From a virus, in the IMG/VR virus record IMGVR_UViG_3300035698_026482, positions 118,841-182,840 of that record: a DNA stretch of 64,000 nucleotides; one strand, given 5' to 3'. Under the pieces are notes generated by a model. That model ran no database searches and was not told the origin of the DNA. It worked only from the letters and a program-made list of their open reading frames with translations. Below are positions 40,321-50,193 of this stretch, piece by piece. How positions within the stretch are numbered: the stretch's first letter is position 1; each line of letters starts with the position of its first letter. The position numbers and the translations under genes were made by a program.

Positions 40321-41229
40321 ATGACGCGGCCTCAGAAAAGAGATTATCTCTACGAGCTTTATGTGACACAACGTCTGGACAAAATCCATACACAACGAAA
40401 GTCGTTCGTCAAGAATGATAGAATCGCACGTATAGAAAGAATTAAAAAAGTTGTTATTCGCGAGGCAAATCAGCGAATCATACTTGAGAAACTTGATGTC
40501 AATGAGCTTCGAAAATTGCAAGGGTCAATCAAGAAAGTTGCAAATATTGTTTCGGGATTTGATCTGCCCGTAATTAAATCCGGGTTGCAACAGGCTGCGT
40601 TCAAGGCCGCCAAAATAATGAGCAATGATGGGGGTGGTGTCATCGCCAGGATTAAGCAAATGATAAGCAGCGATAATGCAAAGCCTATTGCTGAAATCAT
40701 GGCATTTGAAAAGACAATGACAACAGCCTTAAGTCAACTATCTGATATACTTGAAGTTGTAACTGCTGCTAATTCATCACTTAAGAAAAATGACCCGAAC
40801 ATGAAACTACTTGATGTTCTAGAACAAGAAGAAGCAGAAGCCGCCGAGGATATGATCATCAAGGCGCTTAAGGGTCCCCTTAAATTTTTTGGGTCGAACA
40901 CAATACCTTTTATTGATGACCCTCTTGCGATCGCAAACGAACTATTAAGCTTGTCAATTAAGGATTTTTCTAATCTTTCAAAAAAAGCAAACGGCATCGA
41001 AATTGTAACCGATGATGAAACTGCAAAACAGATAGCAGATACGGTCCAAGATGACGCCGATGTTCCTTCTGATGATTCTTCTGATGCCTCGAGTCAACGC
41101 CCAGCCCCGAAAGAAGAGGCTGGAATTGATGCAGCACGTAAAGAACTTGAGGATGCAGGAATTTCAATTCCGCCCATCTCGCTTGATAAAATCGTTGCTG
41201 CGCTTAAGAACAATGGTATGAAATTCTAG
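40321..41229 (+). CDS. Hypothetical helical protein
   Basis: 302-aa ORF, convergent with chaperonin gene, stops overlap at 41226-41229. Confidence 0.7.
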   Translation: MTRPQKRDYLYELYVTQRLDKIHTQRKSFVKNDRIARIERIKKVVIREANQRIILEKLDVNELRKLQGSIKKVANIVSGFDLPVIKSGLQQAAFKAAKIMSNDGGGVIARIKQMISSDNAKPIAEIMAFEKTMTTALSQLSDILEVVTAANSSLKKNDPNMKLLDVLEQEEAEAAEDMIIKALKGPLKFFGSNTIPFIDDPLAIANELLSLSIKDFSNLSKKANGIEIVTDDETAKQIADTVQDDADVPSDDSSDASSQRPAPKEEAGIDAARKELEDAGISIPPISLDKIVAALKNNGMKF

Positions 41230-42632
41230 CTTAGAATAGCGCCGGTAGTCGCTAACAATCGTGCATTTGCACTTGCATTAACAATAGCACTATCGATTGA
41301 AAGAAGGGGGCTAACGTTCCCTTCATCATTTTTATTCCACCGTAAAAGAACATCCTTAAGCATTTGATCTGCATTAAGATTTTCAATCACTGTGGATATT
41401 TTGTCGTGATGTATTATACCTGTCGTAATGGCAGATTTTACGCGTCGCAACGCACGATCAACCCTAAGAACATCTCTGCTATTACCACTAGGCATACGAA
41501 TAGATACCATTCGTGACGTAAGGCATCTTAGACGTCTTGCGATAAATGGCGCTGAGATTTCATTTTTTAAATCATCGGCTTGTTTTTGCAAATGCATTGT
41601 GTGCAATGCGACGGTGCCATTCGCCGATTCATTTTGAATAACGACCGTTCCTGTTTGCACACGCACGCTTTCTACAACTGGCAATTTTTTATATTGGACA
41701 CTGGAAATTAATTGTCCCTGTAACGATGTTACGACATCACCACCGCATACAACTGCAAGGTCCTTCAATATATTAGCAGAATCAGCGTCAAACGGTACGA
41801 CGATAGGAATGATTGTGACCGTACCACGTCTGACGTTCGCTGCAGCAGTGGATAGGACGTCATTATCAAATTTTCGAGCAAATAAAATTAACGGTGATTT
41901 TTCCTCATATGCGGCAGTAAACAAGTGGTCGACTTCCGCGACAGATTCAATGTATCCATCAATAATTGCAACCCGGCACGCTTCACCCATCCATGTTTCG
42001 TTTCCGATAACCGTCATACACGGTGCGACAAGATCAAAACAATAACCAGTCCTTAATTCGACGATAGGCGTGGTTATGCCTGCGGGCTCAAAGAAAATCC
42101 GCCCATCAGCTCCAGCTAGATTTATTGCTGTGTTGACAATGTTTGTCATCTGTTGGGAATTAAGTGAACGATGAATAATTGAATCAATATTCTCTTGTGT
42201 TGGTCTTTTTACGCTGCTATGAATATCCTGGCGTAACTGTCGCAACGCCATTATCATTTTTGTCGCTGCACGCTGCGCAGTTTCTCCAGCTTGCATTTTC
42301 CGAATAACAAGACCTGCTAAGCCTGAAATCAACAACGCAGTACTTGCTGGATCTGCACCCGCTTCCGCATCTGCATTATCCACTGATTCACGTATAAGAT
42401 CAACAAGCAGACGTTGTACGCCTGTTTCCGGTACAGATGATCCTAGCATCCCTTCGACAGTAGGTACTACGTCACCTCCGGAAATAATATTCGAATTACT
42501 CCACGTGTCAATTAGTTTTTCAACAAGTGCTAACGTTGTGACAAATGAACTGGTCAGCTCATTTCCAGATAGTACACTAACAATCTTTGTCTTTGCGGAA
42601 ACGAACGAACTTTGGGAACCGTAACGAGCCAT
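41226..42632 (-). CDS. groEL: Divergent GroEL/Cpn60-like chaperonin
   Basis: Apical-domain-like AIIDGYIESVAEV...PLILFARKFDNDVL...NILKDLAVVCGGDVV; GDGTTT replaced by GADPAST; start uncertain. Confidence 0.75.
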   Translation of the reverse strand: MARYGSQSSFVSAKTKIVSVLSGNELTSSFVTTLALVEKLIDTWSNSNIISGGDVVPTVEGMLGSSVPETGVQRLLVDLIRESVDNADAEAGADPASTALLISGLAGLVIRKMQAGETAQRAATKMIMALRQLRQDIHSSVKRPTQENIDSIIHRSLNSQQMTNIVNTAINLAGADGRIFFEPAGITTPIVELRTGYCFDLVAPCMTVIGNETWMGEACRVAIIDGYIESVAEVDHLFTAAYEEKSPLILFARKFDNDVLSTAAANVRRGTVTIIPIVVPFDADSANILKDLAVVCGGDVVTSLQGQLISSVQYKKLPVVESVRVQTGTVVIQNESANGTVALHTMHLQKQADDLKNEISAPFIARRLRCLTSRMVSIRMPSGNSRDVLRVDRALRRVKSAITTGIIHHDKISTVIENLNADQMLKDVLLRWNKNDEGNVSPLLSIDSAIVNASANARLLATTGAILS

Positions 42633-43827
42633 CTTTTGTAATTTCCTGTGCCTGTAATTCGATTGTCTTACCGCGAAGCGAGGCGCGATTCGCCCATACG
42701 GCCTTTGCTTCAGGTTGCGTGAGAAACCCTCGCTCAACTTTAACCCTGACGCCTTTATATTCTACCACAAAGGTTCCGAGATGTCCTTTATAACGTCCTG
42801 TGCCTTCATTGAAGCCAAGAATCAGCAAATCAAAATCAAGCCAATCCTTTAGTTTCATAACATTTGGCTTACGCTTCCACGTGTACTTTGTATTAAGAAG
42901 CTTGATCATCGTTCCTTCAATGTCTTGTGCTGTAAAGAATCGATGGACGTCAGCAATTTCTGTTGGCGTAACTAGGCGGCGCTCAATAAGTCGCACATAT
43001 TCACATCCCGCATTCATTCCCATATCTTCAAGAATTTCTCGGGTTTCGTGACAGTTACGAGTAGCTTCGCGACGATTCCATTCGTCAAGAGGCATCCAAT
43101 CAAATACATTGAAAAAAGAATCTGACGTATCAACGTTCGATTTTCTGAAAAGCTGACTCATCGTAGCCGAAAAATCATTACTCATCAATTCTCCGTCAAA
43201 TACACAATCAGGAAAGCCTGATTTATTGGCAAGCCAGACTAGCTCGCTACCGATTGTAACATTGAAGTTTGTTACCTGTTTGCCCCCGCGCGTATACATT
43301 GAAATAGCGCCATCAGCAACGAAAGCAATAAGGCGAGTACCGTCCAATTTAGGCTCAACTGCGACTAAGTCATGGCCAGCGCAATGCTTTGGATCAAATG
43401 GAGCGGCCAGCTGACAAGTAAATGTGCTGATGAGCCCCTTCCATACCGTGTTGACTGATTTTGTAGAAAAACCGGCATTAAGATGACGGTCTAGAACTCT
43501 AAGCATCCACGCTCTGACATGTGGGTCGGCACTGGCGATGACCGTATGAATAGCATCTCTTGCATCATTGCCTGTAAGCTGGCGGTCGCGACATTGATAT
43601 AAAACATCAAGATATTTTCGCCAGGTGTCGCTTTCTGTTTCGCCGGATCCTGCAGATACAAAATCGCTTTCGCTAAGATTTCTAACGTAGTATACCCATT
43701 GAGGTTCGTATGTCGCCTTTAAAACATCACGAAGAAGGTCATTCCCTGCATTCTTTTTGAGGATATCTCGTTTGGCATTGCTACCGCTAATAGTCGAAGT
43801 CTGTTCAAAAATTTCTGAAATTTGCAT
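42577..43827 (-). CDS. ATP-dependent DNA ligase
   Basis: EPKLDGTR (KxDG); FDGEL; VFD; EGTMIK; MKLK; SLRFPKFVRFRKDK. Confidence 0.95.
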   Translation of the reverse strand: MQISEIFEQTSTISGSNAKRDILKKNAGNDLLRDVLKATYEPQWVYYVRNLSESDFVSAGSGETESDTWRKYLDVLYQCRDRQLTGNDARDAIHTVIASADPHVRAWMLRVLDRHLNAGFSTKSVNTVWKGLISTFTCQLAAPFDPKHCAGHDLVAVEPKLDGTRLIAFVADGAISMYTRGGKQVTNFNVTIGSELVWLANKSGFPDCVFDGELMSNDFSATMSQLFRKSNVDTSDSFFNVFDWMPLDEWNRREATRNCHETREILEDMGMNAGCEYVRLIERRLVTPTEIADVHRFFTAQDIEGTMIKLLNTKYTWKRKPNVMKLKDWLDFDLLILGFNEGTGRYKGHLGTFVVEYKGVRVKVERGFLTQPEAKAVWANRASLRGKTIELQAQEITKDGSLRFPKFVRFRKDKDC

Positions 43828-44021
43828 GTCTTGATACGTGTTTCTTTAGTGACCAACCCAACCTGCGTCACAAGTCATACGAGCGTCTCTGGGCGTTCAC
43901 GATCATCTTGCATAGGTAACCATTGGACAAAACTTAAGCGTCTCAGAATGAATCCTGTATGCTCTCATAAGCAATCGGGATGAGGCTTAACCGCGTTAAA
44001 TGTGCCTGCATATTGATTGCA

Positions 44022-44059
44022 CATGTCATAATTCTATCATATTATGATGACGTTTACAA
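44022..44059 (-). promoter_or_regulatory. Putative leaderless promoter
   Basis: TTGTAAA-N16-TAGAAT-N6-ATG(44024). Confidence 0.55.
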
Positions 44060-44061
44060 AT

Positions 44062-45150
44062 TTATTGTAAACGATTCAAGTTTGGAAACGTTAACGTTTT
44101 TCCCTGTGCGGATGATTGTCGCAACCCCGTGACCAGCAACCAATCTACAAACGCATCGTATGGCGAATACGGTACAGGCTTTCCGTTATTGATTGAGTCG
44201 GCCATTCCGTCTAATACAGTCATTATCGCGACGCCTTGCTCATCTAACGATTTTGCACTTCTATATGGGTTAATCCATTCATGAATTTCACCAGAAATGC
44301 AACATCGAAGTGTATGTGGCGCATTTGCGCCATCATCACGTAGCACGCTTACATCGATTGTGACCGCACGTCCATCAATTGATTCCACGAAGTGGATATT
44401 GCTGCAATCATCGGCACACAACGAGCCACGTTGACAATGTAGGTTCAAAGATCGAGGCCCACGTGCTTGTGAACGTGAATGCACGCTGTTAAAATTATGA
44501 ATAAGCCTTACATCATTTCGTAATAAAACAGAACCAATATCCCAATTTTCGATAAGCGTTTTATGATTGTTGTTGCCGTCGATCAAATCAACCGGCCCAT
44601 TCGACCAAGATATGCCTTGTAACGTATTCGGTAATGAAGCGATACCTGAATTGTTTCGAGTATATGCACGCATCATAGCCATTGCGTGATATTCATATCC
44701 TCTAAAGCTATTTTCGACGACATTTAGTCTGCCTAACGTTCCAGATTCAATAATCTGTCGCCGAAATTGTTCCATTGGTCGAAAAGGCCACTGCTCGGCG
44801 ACGCCTGTCGGTGCGCTTCGCCGACGTGCAATATCGACGATGGTATCAGAAATCATCGGCGTTTCCAGCAATACAGCTTTATTTGTTTTTAAGGCTTGTT
44901 TCGAACAAAATGTCATGCCTTGAGCAGCTACGCAGACGATAATAAGATCGACTTCGGCTTCCATAGCTTCTATGCTTTTAAAACGTTTTAATCCAGTGGC
45001 TTCTGTTGCTTGTGTCGCAGTTGAATTAGACCGCGTCACAAACCCAATTGCCTCAAATGCGCCATTAGGATGCAAATTAATGACAGGCAAATAAAAGTCC
45101 TGCATTCTGCGCCCGGCGCCGTAAAAACCGATTCGTATTTTAGACATCAT
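44062..45150 (-). CDS. Gfo/Idh/MocA oxidoreductase
   Basis: IGFYGAGRR; AVLLETP; AEQWPF. Confidence 0.8.
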   Translation of the reverse strand: MMSKIRIGFYGAGRRMQDFYLPVINLHPNGAFEAIGFVTRSNSTATQATEATGLKRFKSIEAMEAEVDLIIVCVAAQGMTFCSKQALKTNKAVLLETPMISDTIVDIARRRSAPTGVAEQWPFRPMEQFRRQIIESGTLGRLNVVENSFRGYEYHAMAMMRAYTRNNSGIASLPNTLQGISWSNGPVDLIDGNNNHKTLIENWDIGSVLLRNDVRLIHNFNSVHSRSQARGPRSLNLHCQRGSLCADDCSNIHFVESIDGRAVTIDVSVLRDDGANAPHTLRCCISGEIHEWINPYRSAKSLDEQGVAIMTVLDGMADSINNGKPVPYSPYDAFVDWLLVTGLRQSSAQGKTLTFPNLNRLQ

Positions 45151-45934
45151 CTCGCCTTAACTCATAAGCTTCATATGCTAAACGATGGATTTCTTGATCA
45201 GCATATTTTCGTTGATATTGTTCGCGCGTTGCGAATGAATAGATAATTCGAACCGAGCCATCTTCATGTGATTCGGGAATTACAGAATGCATAATTGAAG
45301 TATTAAGCAGAATCGCTGTTGCGTTTGATGATGTGGCCACGGCAACGCCGTTTTGCACGCCCTTTTCTTGCGCCATTAAACGACCGGCGAGCATATGAAA
45401 TTGAATCTGGGCTTGAGTGCTTAAGCCCTCAACTGACATCCTATGCGACCCAGGTAAAAATGCCAAGCGTTCCTCAACGCGGTCGTCCACAGTGGGATAA
45501 ACAATAAGCTTGTGCACAGCAGGTGTATTACCAACCCATTCATATGTGTCGGGATCTAGATACGTGTCTCTATGCCAATCCATATAACTCGGACAAATTC
45601 CTTCTGGACGAGGCATCACGCGTCTAACCTGACAATGTACCAATACAAGATCAGATTGCATTGTTGTATCGCGTATTAACTGGGGAATTTCATTATCGAC
45701 AAGCGCATCAACAAATCCCGCGTCAAATTGAATCGCCGACGGTCTCAAGTCTTTCGTGTATGCGTATTTTTCATCCCACGAAAAATCTGGCCTTTCAAAG
45801 GCTTCTGCAAAAGAAACAAGATCACTTAAGGGCTCAACGTCGAAAGGTGTCTCTAGATGTCCTGCGCGATAATATTCATTAGCCTTGGTACTATCCATGC
45901 AAAGAATGTACAACAATTGATCATAATTGATCAA
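45140..45934 (-). CDS. PhyH-like 2OG-Fe(II) dioxygenase
   Basis: WHRD; FLPGSH; IMHS; R.IY. Confidence 0.75.
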   Translation of the reverse strand: MINYDQLLYILCMDSTKANEYYRAGHLETPFDVEPLSDLVSFAEAFERPDFSWDEKYAYTKDLRPSAIQFDAGFVDALVDNEIPQLIRDTTMQSDLVLVHCQVRRVMPRPEGICPSYMDWHRDTYLDPDTYEWVGNTPAVHKLIVYPTVDDRVEERLAFLPGSHRMSVEGLSTQAQIQFHMLAGRLMAQEKGVQNGVAVATSSNATAILLNTSIMHSVIPESHEDGSVRIIYSFATREQYQRKYADQEIHRLAYEAYELRRDDV

Positions 45935-45938
45935 ACAA

Positions 45939-46610
45939 TCAAGAAAATGTGCCGTCGTCTATTCCTGCTTTGATATTTTTAACCTCTAGCCAGGAATAGA
46001 CAGGGGCAACTACAAGAATAAAGGCCAAAATGAAATCATAGCTTATTATTGCAAACGGCATAATTCCTGCAGCAAGCAACGTACTTGTTACGGCGACAAT
46101 TTTTGTTGCCTTAAGCCGCCCAACACCAAGCGCGCCCAGCGTGCCTCGCATAACACGACCACCGTCAAGCGGATATACAGGGAATAGATTAAAACAGCCT
46201 AAAACAATATTCGCTATTGCCAAAAGCCGAACTTGATATTCCGCGTCTGGACCTAAAACCCACATCGGGTTAATCGCAGCGAGACCGTAAATTGCACCAA
46301 AAATTAGTCCTGCGATGGCAAAATTAACGACAGGACCAGCCAACGCCATGATTGCTTCTTGACCTTTTTGCGGGATAGCGCGGATGTGCGCGGCCATTCC
46401 AAACATAAAGATGCTTATGCGATCAGTTTTGTATCCGTAATGTCTGGCAACTAGTATGTGACCATACTCATGCAACAAAATTGAAAATATCGCAGCGGGA
46501 CCAACGAACCATCCTAATCCCTTGATAGCGAGAATAAGAAGAATTATCGCAGTCAAATTAGCAAAAACTGGTACGTCAAGCCAGGTAAAAAGTTTCAATT
46601 CGCGCTTCAC
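45939..46610 (-). CDS. Site-2 protease (peptidase M50)
   Basis: LLHEYGH; LAGPVVN; FNLFPVYPLDGGRV; multiple TM helices. Confidence 0.93.
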   Translation of the reverse strand: MKRELKLFTWLDVPVFANLTAIILLILAIKGLGWFVGPAAIFSILLHEYGHILVARHYGYKTDRISIFMFGMAAHIRAIPQKGQEAIMALAGPVVNFAIAGLIFGAIYGLAAINPMWVLGPDAEYQVRLLAIANIVLGCFNLFPVYPLDGGRVMRGTLGALGVGRLKATKIVAVTSTLLAAGIMPFAIISYDFILAFILVVAPVYSWLEVKNIKAGIDDGTFS

Positions 46611-46645
46611 ATTATATTATACAACGTAAGTGAGGTGATTTACAA
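46608..46645 (-). promoter_or_regulatory. Putative leaderless promoter
   Basis: TTGTAAA-N17-TATAAT-N5-GTG(46610). Confidence 0.6.
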
Positions 46646-46646
46646 G

Positions 46647-46901
46647 TCACTCTTGAATGATCTTCACTGCATCATCATATGACCAGCCCATACATTTTGG
46701 CCACTGCACGCAAATCATGTGTCTTTTAATGTCAACAACGATACCACGTGTGTCGTATGTCACGCTTGATGTCGAAGCCGTACCCGCTTGAACTTCGTCC
46801 CAAATGCGAATGTGCTGGTATTCATCTGAGGCCAAGGCATTTGACGATTTTGCGTTCCAGCCTGCCTTAACTAACGTGCCAATTTTCATGGATAGACTCA
46901 T
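46647..46901 (-). CDS. Small SH3-like barrel protein (paralog A)
   Basis: KIGTLVKAGW...RGIVVDI...ICVQWPK. Confidence 0.65.
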   Translation of the reverse strand: MSLSMKIGTLVKAGWNAKSSNALASDEYQHIRIWDEVQAGTASTSSVTYDTRGIVVDIKRHMICVQWPKCMGWSYDDAVKIIQE

Positions 46902-46904
46902 TGT

Positions 46905-47159
46905 TTACTCCTGAATTACTTGAACGGATTTCGAATCACACCACGCAATATATTTTGGCCACTGCACATAGATAATTTCATTATCATTATCATTATCATT
47001 AGCAATATCAGTGACGATACCGCGTTCGCCAAACGGAATAAAAAGGTGAGCCATTGTCTCATTCTGAATATGCCAGGCAGAAATATTTCTCGACCGTGGC
47101 CGCCAAGTGGGTGAGCAATCCCACCCCGCTTTAACAAAAGATCCTACTTTTAATTCCAT
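46905..47159 (-). CDS. Small SH3-like barrel protein (paralog B)
   Basis: KVGSFVKAGW...RGIVTDI...IYVQWPK; TAATG overlap with uvsE. Confidence 0.65.
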   Translation of the reverse strand: MELKVGSFVKAGWDCSPTWRPRSRNISAWHIQNETMAHLFIPFGERGIVTDIANDNDNDNEIIYVQWPKYIAWCDSKSVQVIQE

Positions 47160-48064
47160 TATTGACCTGTTGCGGGCAAATTTCTTAGCCTGAGGAGTGC
47201 TTGTTCTTTCATTTTGCATTCAAGCATGCAATCCAAATCATACCCATAATCATTGATGGGTCCTGTAAGCCAATCACTGTGCGCAGGCTTTAGGATTTTA
47301 GGATCGCGGGATTCTGCATAGTGTGTTGTTGGCTTAATACCCTCAGGCCACGTACTAATAGCTAGCTCGAGCGCCTGCTTTTCACTTAGATCACCCGGGC
47401 AGAATTTGTGATGATGAAAATCAAATACGATGGGAATACCAAGCCTGTCATGAACCAACATCAAATCTTGAACTGAATAGCAGTTTGCTTTATCGTCATT
47501 TTCAATTGTGATGCGCGATTTTGCAGATTCATTAACACGTTCAAAATTGCGACAAAAATTGTCAAGCGCAGTTTTTTTATCACCGTATACACCACCAGCA
47601 TGAATATTGATTTTTGCCCGTTGTGAACGCGGCATACCTAGTAAGTCCATAAGCTCGCCATGCAATTCGAGCTCACGACATGTATTATTGAATACTGACT
47701 CACGAGGTGACGTTAGCACGTTGAATTGACCAGGATGAAAACTTAAGCGAATGGCATTATCGCGTGCATATTGACCTGATTTTTCAAGATTGGCGCAAAT
47801 TTGTTCGTAATCTGGCAAATCAGAAAGCTGATACTCTGTTGCCCAACTACACATCGACGATGACATACGAAACAGCTTAATATCGTTTTCAATGTTCCAT
47901 TGGAGTATTTGAAAAAGATCTCTTGTGTTGGCCTCGATTAATGCAGAGACGTGTGATAAGCCTTTTTCTTGAAACGTACGCTTAATACAAGAACGGCCCA
48001 TAAACGCAGGGGGTTTATGGGCACGTAAAACCGTATTGATACATGCATAGCCAAGGTTAAGCAT
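47159..48064 (-). CDS. uvsE: UV DNA damage endonuclease
   Basis: NLGYACIN; FRMSS; RLSFHPGQF; INIHAGG; IENDD; VFDFHHH; MLECKMKEQAL. Confidence 0.95.
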   Translation of the reverse strand: MLNLGYACINTVLRAHKPPAFMGRSCIKRTFQEKGLSHVSALIEANTRDLFQILQWNIENDIKLFRMSSSMCSWATEYQLSDLPDYEQICANLEKSGQYARDNAIRLSFHPGQFNVLTSPRESVFNNTCRELELHGELMDLLGMPRSQRAKINIHAGGVYGDKKTALDNFCRNFERVNESAKSRITIENDDKANCYSVQDLMLVHDRLGIPIVFDFHHHKFCPGDLSEKQALELAISTWPEGIKPTTHYAESRDPKILKPAHSDWLTGPINDYGYDLDCMLECKMKEQALLRLRNLPATGQ

Positions 48065-48098
48065 GTATCAATTTTATCACTAGTTTAAATAATTTGCA
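48062..48098 (-). promoter_or_regulatory. Putative leaderless promoter
   Basis: TGCAAA-N16-TAAAAT-N6-ATG(48064). Confidence 0.6.
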
Positions 48099-48198
48099 TA
48101 ATCAATGAGATTCTAATTTAAGTAGTATACTGGACTGTTTCATACCTATTCGTTGACGGGATATTGCTACGTTGCATTATTTGGTCGAGCGAAATTAT

Positions 48199-49606
48199 AT
48201 GGGAATTAAGGTTATCGTCGATGAAAAGGGCTTGTACCAGGTAAAGACAAATGGTCAAAGCAGTTTTCATGTAGCGGTTACAACTACAGGAATTACGTCA
48301 TCTGTTGGTGCAGGCGTCGATTCTGTAAACGGATTGACCGGCGATGTTATATTACTCACAGATGATATACAAGAAGGGGCCAAACTTTTCTTTACGCAAG
48401 TAAGAGTTTCAAGCAATGATGATGTACTATCAGCATCTGCACACACCTTAGAGACAGGGAACCCACATGCTACTACGGCGCTCCAGGTCGGAGCGATTCC
48501 CCTCACATATACTGGATCAGCAAATGGCGTTGCCACATTAGATGCAGCAGGATTAGTTCCAATCTCGCAAATGCCATTCTCAAGTCCACTAAGTTTTCAG
48601 GGCGTGTGGGATGCATTTTTGAATGAACCTGCGCTTACGTCAAGTGTTGGAACAAGCGGACATTTATATTTTGTATCCGTTACTGGGTCCACAAATCTAG
48701 ACGGAAACGCAAGCTGGCAGATCGGTGATTCGGTTATTTTTGATGGCTCGAGCTGGACACAGGTCGCGGATCCTGATTCAGTTAGTTCTGTTAATGGCTT
48801 TGTTGGCGCCGTAAGTTTAGATACCGACGACGTTAACGAGGGCGCAGCCAATTTTTATTATACAGAAGCTCGTGTTGATGAAAACTCGAATGTGGCCGCA
48901 AATAGTGCTGTTAGACATTCACATTCAAATGCGGCAATTCTAGACGCGTTGGTGAGTTCAGGCTCAGGTCAAATCATAGAAGTTGCAGAGCGAAACAGGA
49001 TTCCCACACAAGATGAAAAAAAATGCGCTGCTTGGAACCACAGGAACGCCCAGCACATCAAATCGGCTTGTTACTGATGCAGATACTCGACTTATCGGAC
49101 AAAGACTTGTTGCGACAGTACGTCCAGACGCTAGTGGCCATCTCATCTACTCCGGATCAGATCTTACCGGAAAAAAGAACGTCGTGCTCAAGGTTAAGTT
49201 GCTCCCGTCGGGATCTGCAAACTCTAGAATTTATGCAAATTTTAATAGCGACGCAACGACAAAATATGCCTGGAAAGTAAGAAGGGACGGCGCATCGACA
49301 TCAGCTACAAGTGTGGGACTCATTTCGTTAACCGGAGCAGCTTCAGGTGCAGGTCTAATGACCAATACACGAATGGTTGTGGGAACGATTGACGTTATCC
49401 AAGATGACGATGGATTAGTCTTTACAAGACACCAGACAATGCAGGCGCTTAGCGCGGGTCCAGCAACTGCACCAACAGTAACAACTGGCACAGGTGCATA
49501 TTATCCAGTGCCTAGGATCGCATTAAATAGAATCACCCTACGAATGGAGGGTGCATCAGATAAATTCACGACCGGCAGCTTCATGCAGGTCTACATTAAC
49601 AAGTAG
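48199..49606 (+). CDS. Tail-fibre-like structural protein split by a frameshift at an A8 run (49016-49023)
   Basis: Repeated V(D/S)SVNGxxGxVxLxTDDxxEG motifs; removing one A joins PTQDEK to NALLGTTGTPSTSNRLVTDAD; fused product would be 468 aa. Confidence 0.7.
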
Positions 49607-49633
49607 ATTCATGAAAATCGGGATGCCTAATGA

Positions 49634-50053
49634 TTAGTCGTCATTACAACCATCATCCTCGCCTTCGCCATCATCCCCGCCTTCGCAGCTATCATCGTCA
49701 CAACCCGTCCACCCATCTCCCGACGACCAGTCAGATTCACTCCACCCAGAATCATCGCCGGTGGTCACGTCGCCTGAGTCTGTAGTAGTATCACCATCAC
49801 CATCGCCATCTCCATCTCCATCGCCGGTCTCACCGACAGATGTACCACCTGAAGATTCGGAATCTGTAGGATCAGGTGTAAAAGAATTTACACCGCCACT
49901 ATCGTCCTCAACGCCCTCATCGCCGACTTCATCACCATTATCTTGTGATTCATCGCTTGAAATCGTAGAAGATGTTGTTTCGCCTTCATCTGATGTTGTG
50001 TCGCCACATGCGACAGAAAGTAAAAGAATTGAAGTAAGCACGAGATGCTTCAT
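49634..50053 (-). CDS. Acidic Gly/Asp/Thr/Ser-rich lipoprotein
   Basis: MKHLVLTSILLLSVA-C lipobox; GDGDGDGDGD repeat; TATAAA-N17-TATGAT-N7-ATG upstream. Confidence 0.75.
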   Translation of the reverse strand: MKHLVLTSILLLSVACGDTTSDEGETTSSTISSDESQDNGDEVGDEGVEDDSGGVNSFTPDPTDSESSGGTSVGETGDGDGDGDGDGDTTTDSGDVTTGDDSGWSESDWSSGDGWTGCDDDSCEGGDDGEGEDDGCNDD

Positions 50054-50193
50054 GTGAAACATCATACACTACGAGCCCATAATTTTATAGATTTATAGAC
50101 GCCCAATTACATTGGCATTTTAAGCAATGCCTCACGTTGCACATCATTTGCGCTTTTAATCGCGTCGATGCAAGTATTGTCTTTTAACATTGA

